Shown here: positions 8,880 through 19,290 of the stretch, in pieces
Numbering within the stretch: the first letter of the stretch is position 1
Layout of the letters: each line of letters starts with the position of its first letter
IMG/VR virus record: IMGVR_UViG_3300045988_154953
Length of the DNA: 64,000 nt
Source of the DNA: a virus
Strand: one strand, 5' to 3'
Translations under genes and position numbers: made by a program
The notes under the pieces: model-generated
What the model saw: only the letters and a program-made list of their open reading frames with translations
Told to the model about the DNA's origin: nothing
The model's database searches: none

Positions 8880-9239
8880 ATTATTAGCACAGAAGTTTTA
8901 GAAACATTATTATCATCAATTGATGAAGACCCTACAATTGTTTTACCGGTAGTTAGAGAGTATATTAATAAATACAAACCTTTAGTATATGGTTTATTAA
9001 AAGAAGTTGTTGAAGTTTGTAAAGACTATTCAAATTACACCGAATATCAAGAAACAGTAGCAAAAGTAAAAAGAAATACATACGAAGCCTATCTCAATGT
9101 TGGTTTTACAGAAGATCAAGCACTTGCATTGATGTTAAATGATAATCTTCAACTCATGAAAAATTTCAAAACCAATTCTACAAAAACATCTAATAATTCT
9201 ATTACATCTAAATCAAAAATCCCATTAAGAAATAATTAA
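8880..9239 (+). CDS. hypothetical protein with a non-canonical (ATT/ATA) start
   Basis: The frame is open from 8862 to TAA 9237-9239 (about 120 codons). It has no in-frame ATG, GTG or TTG near its 5' end. The strong SD aaaggaagag ends 3-6 nt before ATA/ATT. The region is otherwise unassigned. Confidence 0.45.
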   Translation: MISTEVLETLLSSIDEDPTIVLPVVREYINKYKPLVYGLLKEVVEVCKDYSNYTEYQETVAKVKRNTYEAYLNVGFTEDQALALMLNDNLQLMKNFKTNSTKTSNNSITSKSKIPLRNN

Positions 9240-9370
9240 AAAATCTTTAAAAAATTCTCAAAAATTTTACTAGTTTAGGTGACGTATGAAAAATAAATAT
9301 ATTAGAAAGGGTAACAGAATAGTAAGTGTGCGTGACGCACCTTGGTTTGCCTTCGGAAAGGAGGTTGACC

Positions 9371-9595
9371 GTGAAAAATCCAGAACAACATAAAAAAATA
9401 TATCAAAATCATGAAATTAAATGCAATATGTGCGGTACATTTTATATTTCAGATGAAGAAATACATTTTGATGAACGTGGATATGGATACAGTACAAAAT
9501 ATTGCAATTGTCCAAAATGTGGAAAATTTATAATTTTAAAACATATTGAAGATTACGGATTTGATGTCAATTTTGACGAAAGATTTTACGAATAA
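9371..9595 (+). CDS. zinc-ribbon hypothetical protein
   Basis: CNMCG..CPKCG motifs. GTG 9371 lies 6 nt after aaaggagg, in frame with the track ORF at 9326. Confidence 0.5.
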   Translation: MKNPEQHKKIYQNHEIKCNMCGTFYISDEEIHFDERGYGYSTKYCNCPKCGKFIILKHIEDYGFDVNFDERFYE

Positions 9596-9721
9596 ATTTC
9601 ATGTCTAAAACTTATAGAATATCTGAAAATATCTCGTGTTAACTCCCGATTATTAAAAAATTACAAAATATAAAACATTTTAATAGAACTATATTATTCA
9701 AATTTAAAAGGAGAAATTTTA

Positions 9722-10672
9722 ATGAAAGAACTTAAAAATTTAGTATCAATCAAAGGAAAGTTAGTAAAAAATACAATTGAAGAATTTACTACAAAGAAGG
9801 GCGAAGATGCAATTGGCGGAAGTTTAACACTAAGAACAGCCGATGACAGTGAACATGAAGTTAATTTCTTTGCTTTTAAATATAAAAAAGATGAAAATAA
9901 AAATTTTACATCCGAAGAAAGTTATTTTTACAAAAAGTATATCGATGCTATGAATCTTAAAGATATTGAACATTGTGCAGATGGTGAAATGCCAGATATT
10001 ATTTCTATTGATGATGGTATGTTCATAGCAAATGATTTTAAAGGCAGCGATGGTAATGTTGTTTCAACTAACAAGATTTCAGCAAGATTTATTAACCGAG
10101 TTGAACCAAAGGATTACGAAAACACAATATTAGATGCAAAATTTGAAGTTGAGGGAATTATCGAATCAATTACAGATGAAGTGCGAAATGATATTTCTAC
10201 CGGAAATCTTATAATCCAGATGAATGCTATTAATCAGAGAGCAGATAAATTTGGGAAAGATGCAAATTATGAAGTTGATTCTCTTATTCCAATCAGAATG
10301 ACAGTTGATAAATCTATGGCAAATGATTTCAAGAGCGCTGGCTATTATGATGGTTGTTTCACAAAACTTACAGGTGTAATTGTCAACAATGTTGAAATTG
10401 AAAAAGTGACCGAAAAAGCAGCATTTGGCCCAGATATTGTCAAGACAGTGAAGAGAACAATTAGAAAAAATGATGTGAAGTCTGGTCTTGCCCCATCTAC
10501 AATTTTTGAACATGAACTTACACAAGATATCATTGATACATTACAGGCTAAGAGAAAAGCTAAATTAGCTGAAGTTAAAGCCGGTGAATCATCTAGTCAG
10601 ATTGCTGAAGGATTCCAGAAAAATACTAGTACACCAGCTCCCCAGACTACATATAATCCATTTGCACAGTAA
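9722..10672 (+). CDS. hypothetical protein, possible ssDNA-binding protein
   Basis: First gene of the replication module. It has a low-complexity C-terminal tail ending NPFAQ. The call rests on position only. Confidence 0.3.
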   Translation: MKELKNLVSIKGKLVKNTIEEFTTKKGEDAIGGSLTLRTADDSEHEVNFFAFKYKKDENKNFTSEESYFYKKYIDAMNLKDIEHCADGEMPDIISIDDGMFIANDFKGSDGNVVSTNKISARFINRVEPKDYENTILDAKFEVEGIIESITDEVRNDISTGNLIIQMNAINQRADKFGKDANYEVDSLIPIRMTVDKSMANDFKSAGYYDGCFTKLTGVIVNNVEIEKVTEKAAFGPDIVKTVKRTIRKNDVKSGLAPSTIFEHELTQDIIDTLQAKRKAKLAEVKAGESSSQIAEGFQKNTSTPAPQTTYNPFAQ

Positions 10673-10722
10673 AATAATATAGTTAAAAAAAACGAAAATT
10701 ATAAAAGGAGATAATATAAAAT

Positions 10723-11706
10723 ATGGTAGGAAATTTATTAGATTTACAACCAAATAAAGTGTCAGTGGACTTAACTCAATATTCTACAGTATGGATGGGT
10801 GATACTGGCGTTGGTAAAACAACAACACTTATGAAATTTTTAAAAGAACTTGTTCCAGATAAAGATCCATTTTTTTTAGAGTTTGAAGATAGATATCAGA
10901 ATATTCCTGGTATTATGGCTCAGAAAGTCAATAGCATGTCGGATTTCAAATCAATTATTGCACAGTTAAGAAATCCAGCATTAAAGCAAAAATTTTCATG
11001 TATTGTAATTGATACATTAGATAAATTTGAAGAAAGTTGTGAGAGATATGTACTTGAAAATAGAGATGCTGAAATCCTCAAAGATGTAGGTGCATTTGGC
11101 GAAGGATCTCTTCGTTTTAAAAGTGCTTTAAGAAATATTGGAATTATTCAGAGTCTTGGTTACACTGTTCATTTTATTGCTCAATCAACTCACAGTAAAG
11201 ATTTTGAGACAAAAAAAGAAAGTGATGCTCTCAAGCTCAATAAAAATACTTTTTCCTATTGTAGAGAAGCAGCATTTTTAGTTGGATATATGTATAAAGA
11301 AAAAGATGAACGATATATTACTTTCAAGAAATGTGAAAAATACCCAGATTTAAAAGATACGTTTGGACTTCCAGAAAAAATCAATGTTAAAGATTTAAAA
11401 AATGTTTGGACAAAATCTGTCGAAAGTTTAGGCGGAGAATTTATCACAAAAGAAAAGACTATTGATAAAACTATTCAAACAGAAGATTTTGATTCAATTA
11501 AAGCAAGAGGTGTCGAATTAGGCAGTCTGCTTGCTTCGAATGGTCATCTTCCTGAAGCAACAGCTGTTCTTCAGCGTAATCTTGGTTTGGATGATAATGG
11601 CAATGTTAAAATGTTCGATTCTCTTAGAGATACACAATTAGATCTTACAAAAGTCATTGTTATGGAACTTGAAGAATTGGTTCAGAAATACAAAATTAAA
11701 GCGTAA
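10723..11706 (+). CDS. AAA/RecA-like P-loop ATPase
   Basis: Walker A GDTGVGKTT and Walker B-like CIVIDTLD. Confidence 0.55.
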   Translation: MVGNLLDLQPNKVSVDLTQYSTVWMGDTGVGKTTTLMKFLKELVPDKDPFFLEFEDRYQNIPGIMAQKVNSMSDFKSIIAQLRNPALKQKFSCIVIDTLDKFEESCERYVLENRDAEILKDVGAFGEGSLRFKSALRNIGIIQSLGYTVHFIAQSTHSKDFETKKESDALKLNKNTFSYCREAAFLVGYMYKEKDERYITFKKCEKYPDLKDTFGLPEKINVKDLKNVWTKSVESLGGEFITKEKTIDKTIQTEDFDSIKARGVELGSLLASNGHLPEATAVLQRNLGLDDNGNVKMFDSLRDTQLDLTKVIVMELEELVQKYKIKA

Positions 11707-11711
11707 CATAA

Positions 11712-11737
11712 CGGAGGGATTTTCCCTCCGGTTATTT
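11712..11737 (+). terminator. rho-independent terminator-like hairpin
   Basis: cggaggga ttt tccctccg (8 bp) followed by gttattt. Confidence 0.45.
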
Positions 11738-11752
11738 ACAAGGTGGGTATGC

Positions 11753-12247
11753 ATGGGTAGATTATCAACATGTAGAGGCTGTGGAAAGAAATTAAAAAAA
11801 GAAGAAAAATTTATGCATTCATCAAAACCATATTGTGAGGAATGCTTTAAAAAAGTTGAAAGAGAATCTACTGAATATAAGCGATTGATTGAATTTATAT
11901 GTAATAATTATGAACTAGATAAACCAACAGGGTTCATTCTGAAACAAATTAAAGAATTAAAAAATGACTGTGGATACAATTATGCAGCAATGGAGTATAC
12001 ACTTTGGTATTGCAAAGAAGTCTTAAATAAACCTTTAAAAGAAAAATATGGTGTATCACTTATTAAATATTATTACGAAGATGCTAAAAATTATTATGCA
12101 CAACAGGAAAAATTAAAGAAACAAATTGATAAATTGTCAGATGCAAAGATTAAAACTAAAATCGTAAAACATATTTCGATGAATTCTGATAATCGATCAT
12201 CTTTGATAAATTTAGATGAATTACTAAAAGGTGGTGACTCAAATTAA
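11753..12247 (+). CDS. zinc-ribbon protein upstream of the helicase (possible loader or initiator)
   Basis: CRGCG..CEEC motifs. ATG 11753 is in frame with the track ORF 11657, which would otherwise overlap the upstream gene and terminator. Confidence 0.4.
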   Translation: MGRLSTCRGCGKKLKKEEKFMHSSKPYCEECFKKVERESTEYKRLIEFICNNYELDKPTGFILKQIKELKNDCGYNYAAMEYTLWYCKEVLNKPLKEKYGVSLIKYYYEDAKNYYAQQEKLKKQIDKLSDAKIKTKIVKHISMNSDNRSSLINLDELLKGGDSN

Positions 12248-13856
12248 TTTTGAACAACAAGTGGATAAAAAAGCAATATTCTTACTTTTTGGATGTTATT
12301 GTTTGAATCCAAGATATGTATTAGATGAGCGTTATTCAACAAATATAAATGATTATCCTGAAAATTTTCATAAAATGATATTTGGGTCAATTGTTAATAT
12401 TGCCAAAAAAGGCAACGTCGAAAAAATTACACCTATTGATATTGAAAACGACATTGCTCAGTTTGAAGCAGCAGTTTCATTGTGGAAAAATAATAATGGT
12501 TGGGATTATATTGAATCAGCCATCGAAATGACATCTGATAATACAATGAATATTGCAAAATATCATGATGATGTTCGTAAATATTCAATTGTACGGAACG
12601 CTATAGAATATCTAAAAATGGATATTACTTTTTTATATGATGAAAATGATGACGAAAAGCTAGAAAATTTTAATAAAATGACTAGCACAGATGTTTTAAA
12701 TGAAATAAATAATAAATTTATTGATTTTAAATCAATGTGGAAAAATATGTTTGGGGATAATTATTCATTTAAAGTAGGAGATGGTATTGAATGTAGATTA
12801 TTAGAACATAAAGAGCAGCAGAATGTATATGGCTATCCTTTCCAATCTGGATATTTAACAACAGTATATAGAGGTATGAGACCAAAAAAATACATATTAA
12901 GAAGTTCTGTATCTGGCGGTGGCAAATCAAGAAGTTCTCTTGCAGATGGATGTAATATGGTTTCTGATCGAATATATGATTGGAACAAAAAAGAATGGAT
13001 ATCAACAGGTGAAAGTAAGCCAGTATTATTTATTTCTACAGAATTGGAAAAAGAAGAAATACAAGATATCATACTTGCTCATGTGAGTGGAATTGAGCAA
13101 GACAGGATTGAAACTTGGGATAATATTACCTCTGAAGAAGAAGATATTTTAAATAAATCCACAAAATATATTGAATCATATGAATATTATGTCGAATATA
13201 TGCCAGATTTTACAATCGATCTCATTTCTCAGACAATTGAAAAATATATCTTAAATTATAAAATAGTCGCCTGTTTCTTTGACTATATAAATGATTCCCC
13301 CTCATTATATGAATATTATTACAATAAAACACATACACGACTTAGAACAGATCAGATTTTATTTTTGTTTAGTGCAGCTTTAAAGTCTGTTTGCAATAAA
13401 TTTGGTATATATCTTGGTTCAGCTACTCAGTTGAATGATAATTATAAAGAAGATAATAATAAAGATGCAGGTGCATTAAAAGGATCTAAAGCAATCATCG
13501 AAAAAGCTGATGGTGGTATTTTGGCATTACCTGTTACTCACAAAGATTTAAAAAGACTTAAACCAATACTTGAAAGTGATGGTAGTTTTGGAAAACTTGT
13601 TCCGAATATGTCGTATTATATTTTCAAAAATCGTGGTGGTAAGTGGAAATCAATTATTATTTGGACAAAGCTAAATATGGGAACAATGAGAGAAGTAGAT
13701 TGTTTTGTAACGGATTATAATTATGAAATTATAACAAATATTGAACAAACACTTATTGATTTTAAACTTGAAGATGTTGGTGATGTCGGAATTATTGAAT
13801 CAGATGTAGATGTTTTAGGATCTGACTTAGCAACACAATTATCAAAAACGTTTTAG
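12231..13856 (+). CDS. dnaB: DnaB-like replicative DNA helicase
   Basis: DnaB-type N-terminal region and a P-loop SVSGGGKSRS in a RecA-like C-terminal half. It sits next to the primase. Confidence 0.6.
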   Translation: MVTQINFEQQVDKKAIFLLFGCYCLNPRYVLDERYSTNINDYPENFHKMIFGSIVNIAKKGNVEKITPIDIENDIAQFEAAVSLWKNNNGWDYIESAIEMTSDNTMNIAKYHDDVRKYSIVRNAIEYLKMDITFLYDENDDEKLENFNKMTSTDVLNEINNKFIDFKSMWKNMFGDNYSFKVGDGIECRLLEHKEQQNVYGYPFQSGYLTTVYRGMRPKKYILRSSVSGGGKSRSSLADGCNMVSDRIYDWNKKEWISTGESKPVLFISTELEKEEIQDIILAHVSGIEQDRIETWDNITSEEEDILNKSTKYIESYEYYVEYMPDFTIDLISQTIEKYILNYKIVACFFDYINDSPSLYEYYYNKTHTRLRTDQILFLFSAALKSVCNKFGIYLGSATQLNDNYKEDNNKDAGALKGSKAIIEKADGGILALPVTHKDLKRLKPILESDGSFGKLVPNMSYYIFKNRGGKWKSIIIWTKLNMGTMREVDCFVTDYNYEIITNIEQTLIDFKLEDVGDVGIIESDVDVLGSDLATQLSKTF

Positions 13857-13870
13857 TAGGGAGGTATATA

Positions 13871-14947
13871 ATGACCGCCCAGGAATTGAAAAAACGACTA
13901 AAAGAAGATGATATTCGAAAGTTGTTGATAGAAATGGGAGCAACTTTCTATTATGAAGATGATGACATATGGATAACAGATACCATATGTCATCATGGAA
14001 CTAAACCGAAATTATATTTCTATAAAGATTCCATGTCATTTCATTGTTATACAGAATGTGGGCAAATGGACATTATCGGTGTAGTAATGGGATACAAAGA
14101 TTATGCTCAAGAAGATTTTCAAAAAGCTATCAATTGGATATGTAAAAAATTAAATATTGATAATTGTGAATATGGCTTTGGTAAACAGGAACAGATTTCA
14201 GATTGGGAATTTATTAGGAAATATAAAAGAAATAAAAAGGAAACAAAAGAAAAATCATTAATTCCATATAATAAGAGCATTTTGAATATTTTCCAAAAAT
14301 TCTATTCGAAACAATGGATTGATGAAGGAATTTCGATTAAGAGTATGAAAAAATACAATATTTTATATTCTACTTGGCAGCAAAAAATAATTATACCTCA
14401 TTATGATATGAATAATAGATTAGTTGGAGTTCGTGCAAGGTCAATGTTAGACGAAGATATTGAAATTTATGGTAAATATTCTCCATTTAAAGTGGGAAAT
14501 AAATTTTATAATCATTCTCTTGGTATGAATTTATTTGGATTAAATTATAACATAAACGCTATTCAAAAGAAAAGAAAAATAATGCTCGTTGAAGCCGAGA
14601 AATCTGTGCTTCAAACAGATACGATGTTCGGTGAAGATAACTTTACAGTCGCTTTGTGTGGAAGTAACTTAACAGATTATCAAAAGGGGATAATTTTAAT
14701 GCTCGGTGTAAGAGAAGTGATCATAGCATTAGATAAACAATATCAAACATTAGATTCAGAAGAATGTAAAAAATGGGCAAAACATATAAAGGATAAGATT
14801 ATTGATAAATTAAGTCCATTTTTTGTTGTATCTGTATTATGGGATACAAATGATTTACTTAAATATAAAGATAGTCCGACAGATAGAGGTAAAGAAACTT
14901 TACTTCAATTGATGGATAATAAAATATATGTAGGAACTAATCAATAA
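13871..14947 (+). CDS. dnaG: DnaG-like DNA primase
   Basis: CHC2-type zinc finger CHHG..HCYTECG and Toprim-like LVEAEKSV / IALDKQ motifs. Confidence 0.65.
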   Translation: MTAQELKKRLKEDDIRKLLIEMGATFYYEDDDIWITDTICHHGTKPKLYFYKDSMSFHCYTECGQMDIIGVVMGYKDYAQEDFQKAINWICKKLNIDNCEYGFGKQEQISDWEFIRKYKRNKKETKEKSLIPYNKSILNIFQKFYSKQWIDEGISIKSMKKYNILYSTWQQKIIIPHYDMNNRLVGVRARSMLDEDIEIYGKYSPFKVGNKFYNHSLGMNLFGLNYNINAIQKKRKIMLVEAEKSVLQTDTMFGEDNFTVALCGSNLTDYQKGIILMLGVREVIIALDKQYQTLDSEECKKWAKHIKDKIIDKLSPFFVVSVLWDTNDLLKYKDSPTDRGKETLLQLMDNKIYVGTNQ

Positions 14948-14962
14948 GGAAGGAGTGTAAAT

Positions 14963-16702
14963 TTGAGTTTCAAATATGACGTATTAGGTAAGGTTAGATT
15001 CGGAAATGAGTTAGAAGATATTTTGAAATTAAAAGGTATCAAAGATATAGACTCCTTTCTGAATCCTACTATCAAAAATACAGAGAGTGAATTACTTTTT
15101 GATAATATAGAAAAAGCAAGAGATTTGTTTATAAAGCATATAAGCAATAAAGATGTTATAGATTTACTGGTAGATTGTGATGTTGATGGATTTACATCAG
15201 CATCCAATATTTATCAGTATATAAAAAGATTAAGTCCTGACATTGAAGTTAGATGTTTTATTCACAAAGGTAAAACTCATGGATTATCCGAATTTGTGGA
15301 TAGTATGTGTGAAGACGATTCAAATCTTGTTATTGTTCCAGATGCAGGTTCAGGAAATTTTAAGGAATGTGAAAAACTTATAACACATGGAAAAGATGTA
15401 ATTATTTTAGATCATCATAGTATTGATGCAAGTGATAATCCTGCAATAGTTGTAAATAACCAACTTTCGGATAGAATAACAGACAAAGCTATGACTGGTG
15501 TTGGAATTACATATAAATTCACAAAGCTATTGGATAAGTATTATGGTGTGAATTATGCAGATGATTATTTGGACTTAGTTGCGTTGGGGATGATTGGAGA
15601 TAGGGCTGATACATTTAATCTTCAAACAAGATATCTTATATTAAAAGGATTGGAACAGATACAAAATAAAGTTAATAAAAATAAACTTATATCTGTTCTA
15701 GTAGATGCTCAAATGTATTCAATGAATAATAAAATCACAATAAATGGAATTGGATTTTATGTATGTCCTCTTATGAACTCAATGATTCGATTGGGAGAAT
15801 ATGAAGATAAGTGTTATATGTTTGAAGCATTATGTAACTCTGATAGAATGCTTGACAGAAAAGTACGAGGAAAAGGTGTAGTCAATATGACTATTCAAGA
15901 ATATGTTCTAAAAGCTTGTCAATCATCAAATAGAAAACAGAAAAAAATAACAGAGGAAAGTGCTGCTGTTTTATCTGAGGAAATTAAGAAGTTTAATATG
16001 GACAAATTACCTATTCTTGTATGTAATGCAAGAGATGATGTTGATAGTAATTCAACAGGACTTATTGCAAATAGATTGGCTGATCAATACAGAAGACCAT
16101 GCTTATTAATGAGACGGGTGGGAGATATTTGCAAAGGTAGTGGTAGAGGTAGTGATAAATGCGAAATATTAAATTTTAATCAATGGTGTAAAGATACAGA
16201 ATTATTTAACAAAGTGAAAGGGCATCCAGAAGCATTTGGATGTGAAATTACTTATGAGAATACTAATAAATTATTATATTTGTTATCTACAATGAGAAAA
16301 ATTGATGAACCAACTTATCATGTATATAACGTTTATGAAGCTGATAAGATTTACGATCAAATTATTAAAAATGTAGCTAAATGGGATTGTATATGGGGTA
16401 ATTCTGTAAGTGAACCTATTTTCTTAATTAAAAGTGTACCTTGTAATAAATATAATTTGTATCTTCTTGGTTCTAAACAAAATAAAATTGAATTTACATA
16501 TCATAATATAAAATTTGTAAAACAAACAAAAGGTAGTTCATTGGCTTCTTTATACAAAGAGATTGTATCGATTGGAGAAAATGTTGAATTTGATATCATT
16601 GGTAGATTTTCAATCGATTACAAATCTGGAAAAACAGCACAAGTATTAATTGAAGATTGGATGTTTTACAAAAGTGATAAAGCGCAAGGATTTTTTGGTT
16701 AA
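14963..16702 (+). CDS. DHH-family phosphoesterase, RecJ-like
   Basis: DHH motifs DCDVDG, VPDAGS, ILDHHS and GDRAD. TTG start after aaggaagga. Confidence 0.65.
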   Translation: MSFKYDVLGKVRFGNELEDILKLKGIKDIDSFLNPTIKNTESELLFDNIEKARDLFIKHISNKDVIDLLVDCDVDGFTSASNIYQYIKRLSPDIEVRCFIHKGKTHGLSEFVDSMCEDDSNLVIVPDAGSGNFKECEKLITHGKDVIILDHHSIDASDNPAIVVNNQLSDRITDKAMTGVGITYKFTKLLDKYYGVNYADDYLDLVALGMIGDRADTFNLQTRYLILKGLEQIQNKVNKNKLISVLVDAQMYSMNNKITINGIGFYVCPLMNSMIRLGEYEDKCYMFEALCNSDRMLDRKVRGKGVVNMTIQEYVLKACQSSNRKQKKITEESAAVLSEEIKKFNMDKLPILVCNARDDVDSNSTGLIANRLADQYRRPCLLMRRVGDICKGSGRGSDKCEILNFNQWCKDTELFNKVKGHPEAFGCEITYENTNKLLYLLSTMRKIDEPTYHVYNVYEADKIYDQIIKNVAKWDCIWGNSVSEPIFLIKSVPCNKYNLYLLGSKQNKIEFTYHNIKFVKQTKGSSLASLYKEIVSIGENVEFDIIGRFSIDYKSGKTAQVLIEDWMFYKSDKAQGFFG

Positions 16703-16716
16703 GGCGGTGAATTAAA

Positions 16717-19290
16717 ATAATAAACAAAAGTAAAATTTGGGGATACGATTTCGAAGTATATTCGGCTATTCCAGGTGGCGGATGGTTTTGTGTGACATTT
16801 ATTAATTATGAAGATAGAACAAATGAGATCGTAATTGTAAATAATAGAGCTGAATTGATTCAATTTTATAATAATCACAAAGATGATATTTTTATTTCAT
16901 ATAATGGTAGACAGTATGATACGGGTATTCTCAAAGGAATACTTGATGGAATGAATGTTGGATACGTAAATGATAAATTGATCAAAGAAGGTAAGAAACC
17001 GTTCCAAGTTGTTAAAAATGCAAAAAAATATCCATTTAATGACTATGATACAATTCTTAAAGATAAGTCACTTAAACAATTAGAAGCTTTTATGGGTGAC
17101 GACATTCGCGAGACAGAAGTAGACTTTAATATTTCCAGACCGCTAACAGATGTAGAAATACAACAAACATTGTATTATAATCATCATGATGTAATTGAGG
17201 TATTAAGAGTCTTAGATTATTGTTGGGATGATTTTGAAGGTCAATTAGATATCATTGAATTATATGGTCTAGACATGTCATATTTCACAAAAACAAAAGT
17301 TCAATTAGCTTCTAAAATTCTAAACGCTGTAAGTCAACATACTCTTGATGATGAATTTGAAATTCGAATTCCTGATACAATTAAATTATCAGATAAATAT
17401 AAATTTATTTCAGAATGGTATCTTAATCCTAAGAATTGGAGATATAAAGAATATTTACATTCAGAAGATGATCAACATAATAATCAATTATGTTGTATTG
17501 TTGCCGGTATTCCTCATGTGTTTGCATGGGGAGGATGTCATGGAGCAGATGATAAACAAGCTGTATTTGAAGGTATAATCCTCCACGCAGATGTTTCTTC
17601 GATGTATCCAACAACTGATATCGAATATGGATTATTAAGTAGGAAATTTAAGAATCCTGATGATTTTAGACAAATGCGAGATTTCAGATTGAAACTTAAA
17701 GCAGATGGTGATTCTAAAAATAAAGCATTGAAACCTATGATAAACGGTGTATACGGGGCTTCAAAAGATAGAAATAATCCATGTTATGATCCACTTATGG
17801 CTAATTTAACTTGTGTATTTGGTCAGATGTTTATTTTGGATTTAATTGATAAGCTAGAGCCTTATTGTAGATTATTACAAACTAATACAGATGGTATTTT
17901 TGTTCTTTGTAAAAATGAAGAAATGAAAAACAAAGTCATTGAAATTACAAACGAAGTAGGAAAACGACTCAGGATGGAGTTTGAAATAGATGAATACACA
18001 AAATTAATTCAAAAGGATGTAAACAATTATATCGCTGTTATGAAAAATGGTAAATTGGAATGTAAAGGTGCAATGGTTAAATTTAATAAACCAATTGACA
18101 ATGATTTACCTATTCTCAATGATGCTGTTAGAAATTATCTTGCTGAGGGAATTCCTGTTGAAGAAACAATTAATAATTGTACAGATTATATTAAATTCCA
18201 AAAAGTAATAAAATTATCGGCTAAATATAAAGAAATTTGGTATGGCAATGGTGTAGCTGCAAAAGATGGAAAGATTACTTCAATAAATGGAGAATTATTA
18301 AAGGGTAAAGTACATAGAGTATTTGCTAGTAAACGTCCATCGGATGGGTCAATTTACAAATTGAAGATTGAAAAAGGTGTTAAATCATATGAACAGTTTG
18401 CAAATACACCTGCTCATTTGTTTATAGATAATGAAGATATTCATAATAAAAACATCCCTGAATACTTGGATAAAGAATATTATGTCAATGAAGCAAAAAA
18501 GCGAATAGATATGTTTTTGACTAAAGATAAAGAAAAAGTTGATAAAAATCCAGTTATATTATTTAAATGTATGTCTGAAAGTCCTACATTTTATGATTTT
18601 TTAGAGAAGTGTTCGGAAAATAAGATAACAAAGAAAATTTTAGAACAATATTTAATAGCGGACTGTTGTTCTAATTATGGTAAAACCAAAAAATTGTTAT
18701 TATTTAGAGATTATTTTCTTTTATTATATAAAAAAGATAAAATTAACTTAACTACATTGAACAAAAAATTCTCTGATGATAAAATCAAATCTATCATTTT
18801 ATTAAATTCAGAATTATCAAAAACCGGAAAGTCTTATACAAATCTTGATTCTAAAAAATGTCTATTAGAAATTTTCGATATTATCCCAGATGAACATATA
18901 GATATATACGACATAATGGAGATGCAAATTAACAAGTTCGGAACAGTTCGATATAAAGATTCATTGATGGATAACAGGTACTTTGTATTAAACACAAGAA
19001 ATGTTATTGCTCCGAATTTAACTCTTTATAATATTGGAACAGGCGAAATAGAATATAGAAAAATAAAAAAAGAAATATTTAAAATTCTTCCATTGCAGGA
19101 CGGAGATATCATTGATGTTAAGAATTGTGAAAAACAATTTGATATGAAAATTATTGGCAAAGACGATGAAGGAAAAAATATTTTAGCTGCTAACATTGAT
19201 AAAGAATATGATGTGATCACACAATATGAAATTGTTTATAGAAAATATAATAAAAAGCATAGTCTTTTAATAGATCGTGAGGAATGTTGA
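16717..19290 (+). CDS. family B DNA polymerase (true start uncertain, non-canonical)
   Basis: Exo I YDFEV, Exo II YNGRQYD, Exo III YYNHHD, motif A DVSSMYP, motif B KPMINGVYG, motif C TNTDG. Exo I lies upstream of the track start GTG 16792, inside a frame open from 16711 that holds only ATT/ATA codons. Confidence 0.75.
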   Translation: MINKSKIWGYDFEVYSAIPGGGWFCVTFINYEDRTNEIVIVNNRAELIQFYNNHKDDIFISYNGRQYDTGILKGILDGMNVGYVNDKLIKEGKKPFQVVKNAKKYPFNDYDTILKDKSLKQLEAFMGDDIRETEVDFNISRPLTDVEIQQTLYYNHHDVIEVLRVLDYCWDDFEGQLDIIELYGLDMSYFTKTKVQLASKILNAVSQHTLDDEFEIRIPDTIKLSDKYKFISEWYLNPKNWRYKEYLHSEDDQHNNQLCCIVAGIPHVFAWGGCHGADDKQAVFEGIILHADVSSMYPTTDIEYGLLSRKFKNPDDFRQMRDFRLKLKADGDSKNKALKPMINGVYGASKDRNNPCYDPLMANLTCVFGQMFILDLIDKLEPYCRLLQTNTDGIFVLCKNEEMKNKVIEITNEVGKRLRMEFEIDEYTKLIQKDVNNYIAVMKNGKLECKGAMVKFNKPIDNDLPILNDAVRNYLAEGIPVEETINNCTDYIKFQKVIKLSAKYKEIWYGNGVAAKDGKITSINGELLKGKVHRVFASKRPSDGSIYKLKIEKGVKSYEQFANTPAHLFIDNEDIHNKNIPEYLDKEYYVNEAKKRIDMFLTKDKEKVDKNPVILFKCMSESPTFYDFLEKCSENKITKKILEQYLIADCCSNYGKTKKLLLFRDYFLLLYKKDKINLTTLNKKFSDDKIKSIILLNSELSKTGKSYTNLDSKKCLLEIFDIIPDEHIDIYDIMEMQINKFGTVRYKDSLMDNRYFVLNTRNVIAPNLTLYNIGTGEIEYRKIKKEIFKILPLQDGDIIDVKNCEKQFDMKIIGKDDEGKNILAANIDKEYDVITQYEIVYRKYNKKHSLLIDREEC

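Noticed and set aside
11627-11637. 11-nt match (tagagatacac) between spacer B1 and the ATPase gene, as possible self-targeting
   Set aside because: It is too short. The match is expected by chance, given the number of 11-mers compared in 128 kb of AT-rich double-stranded sequence.
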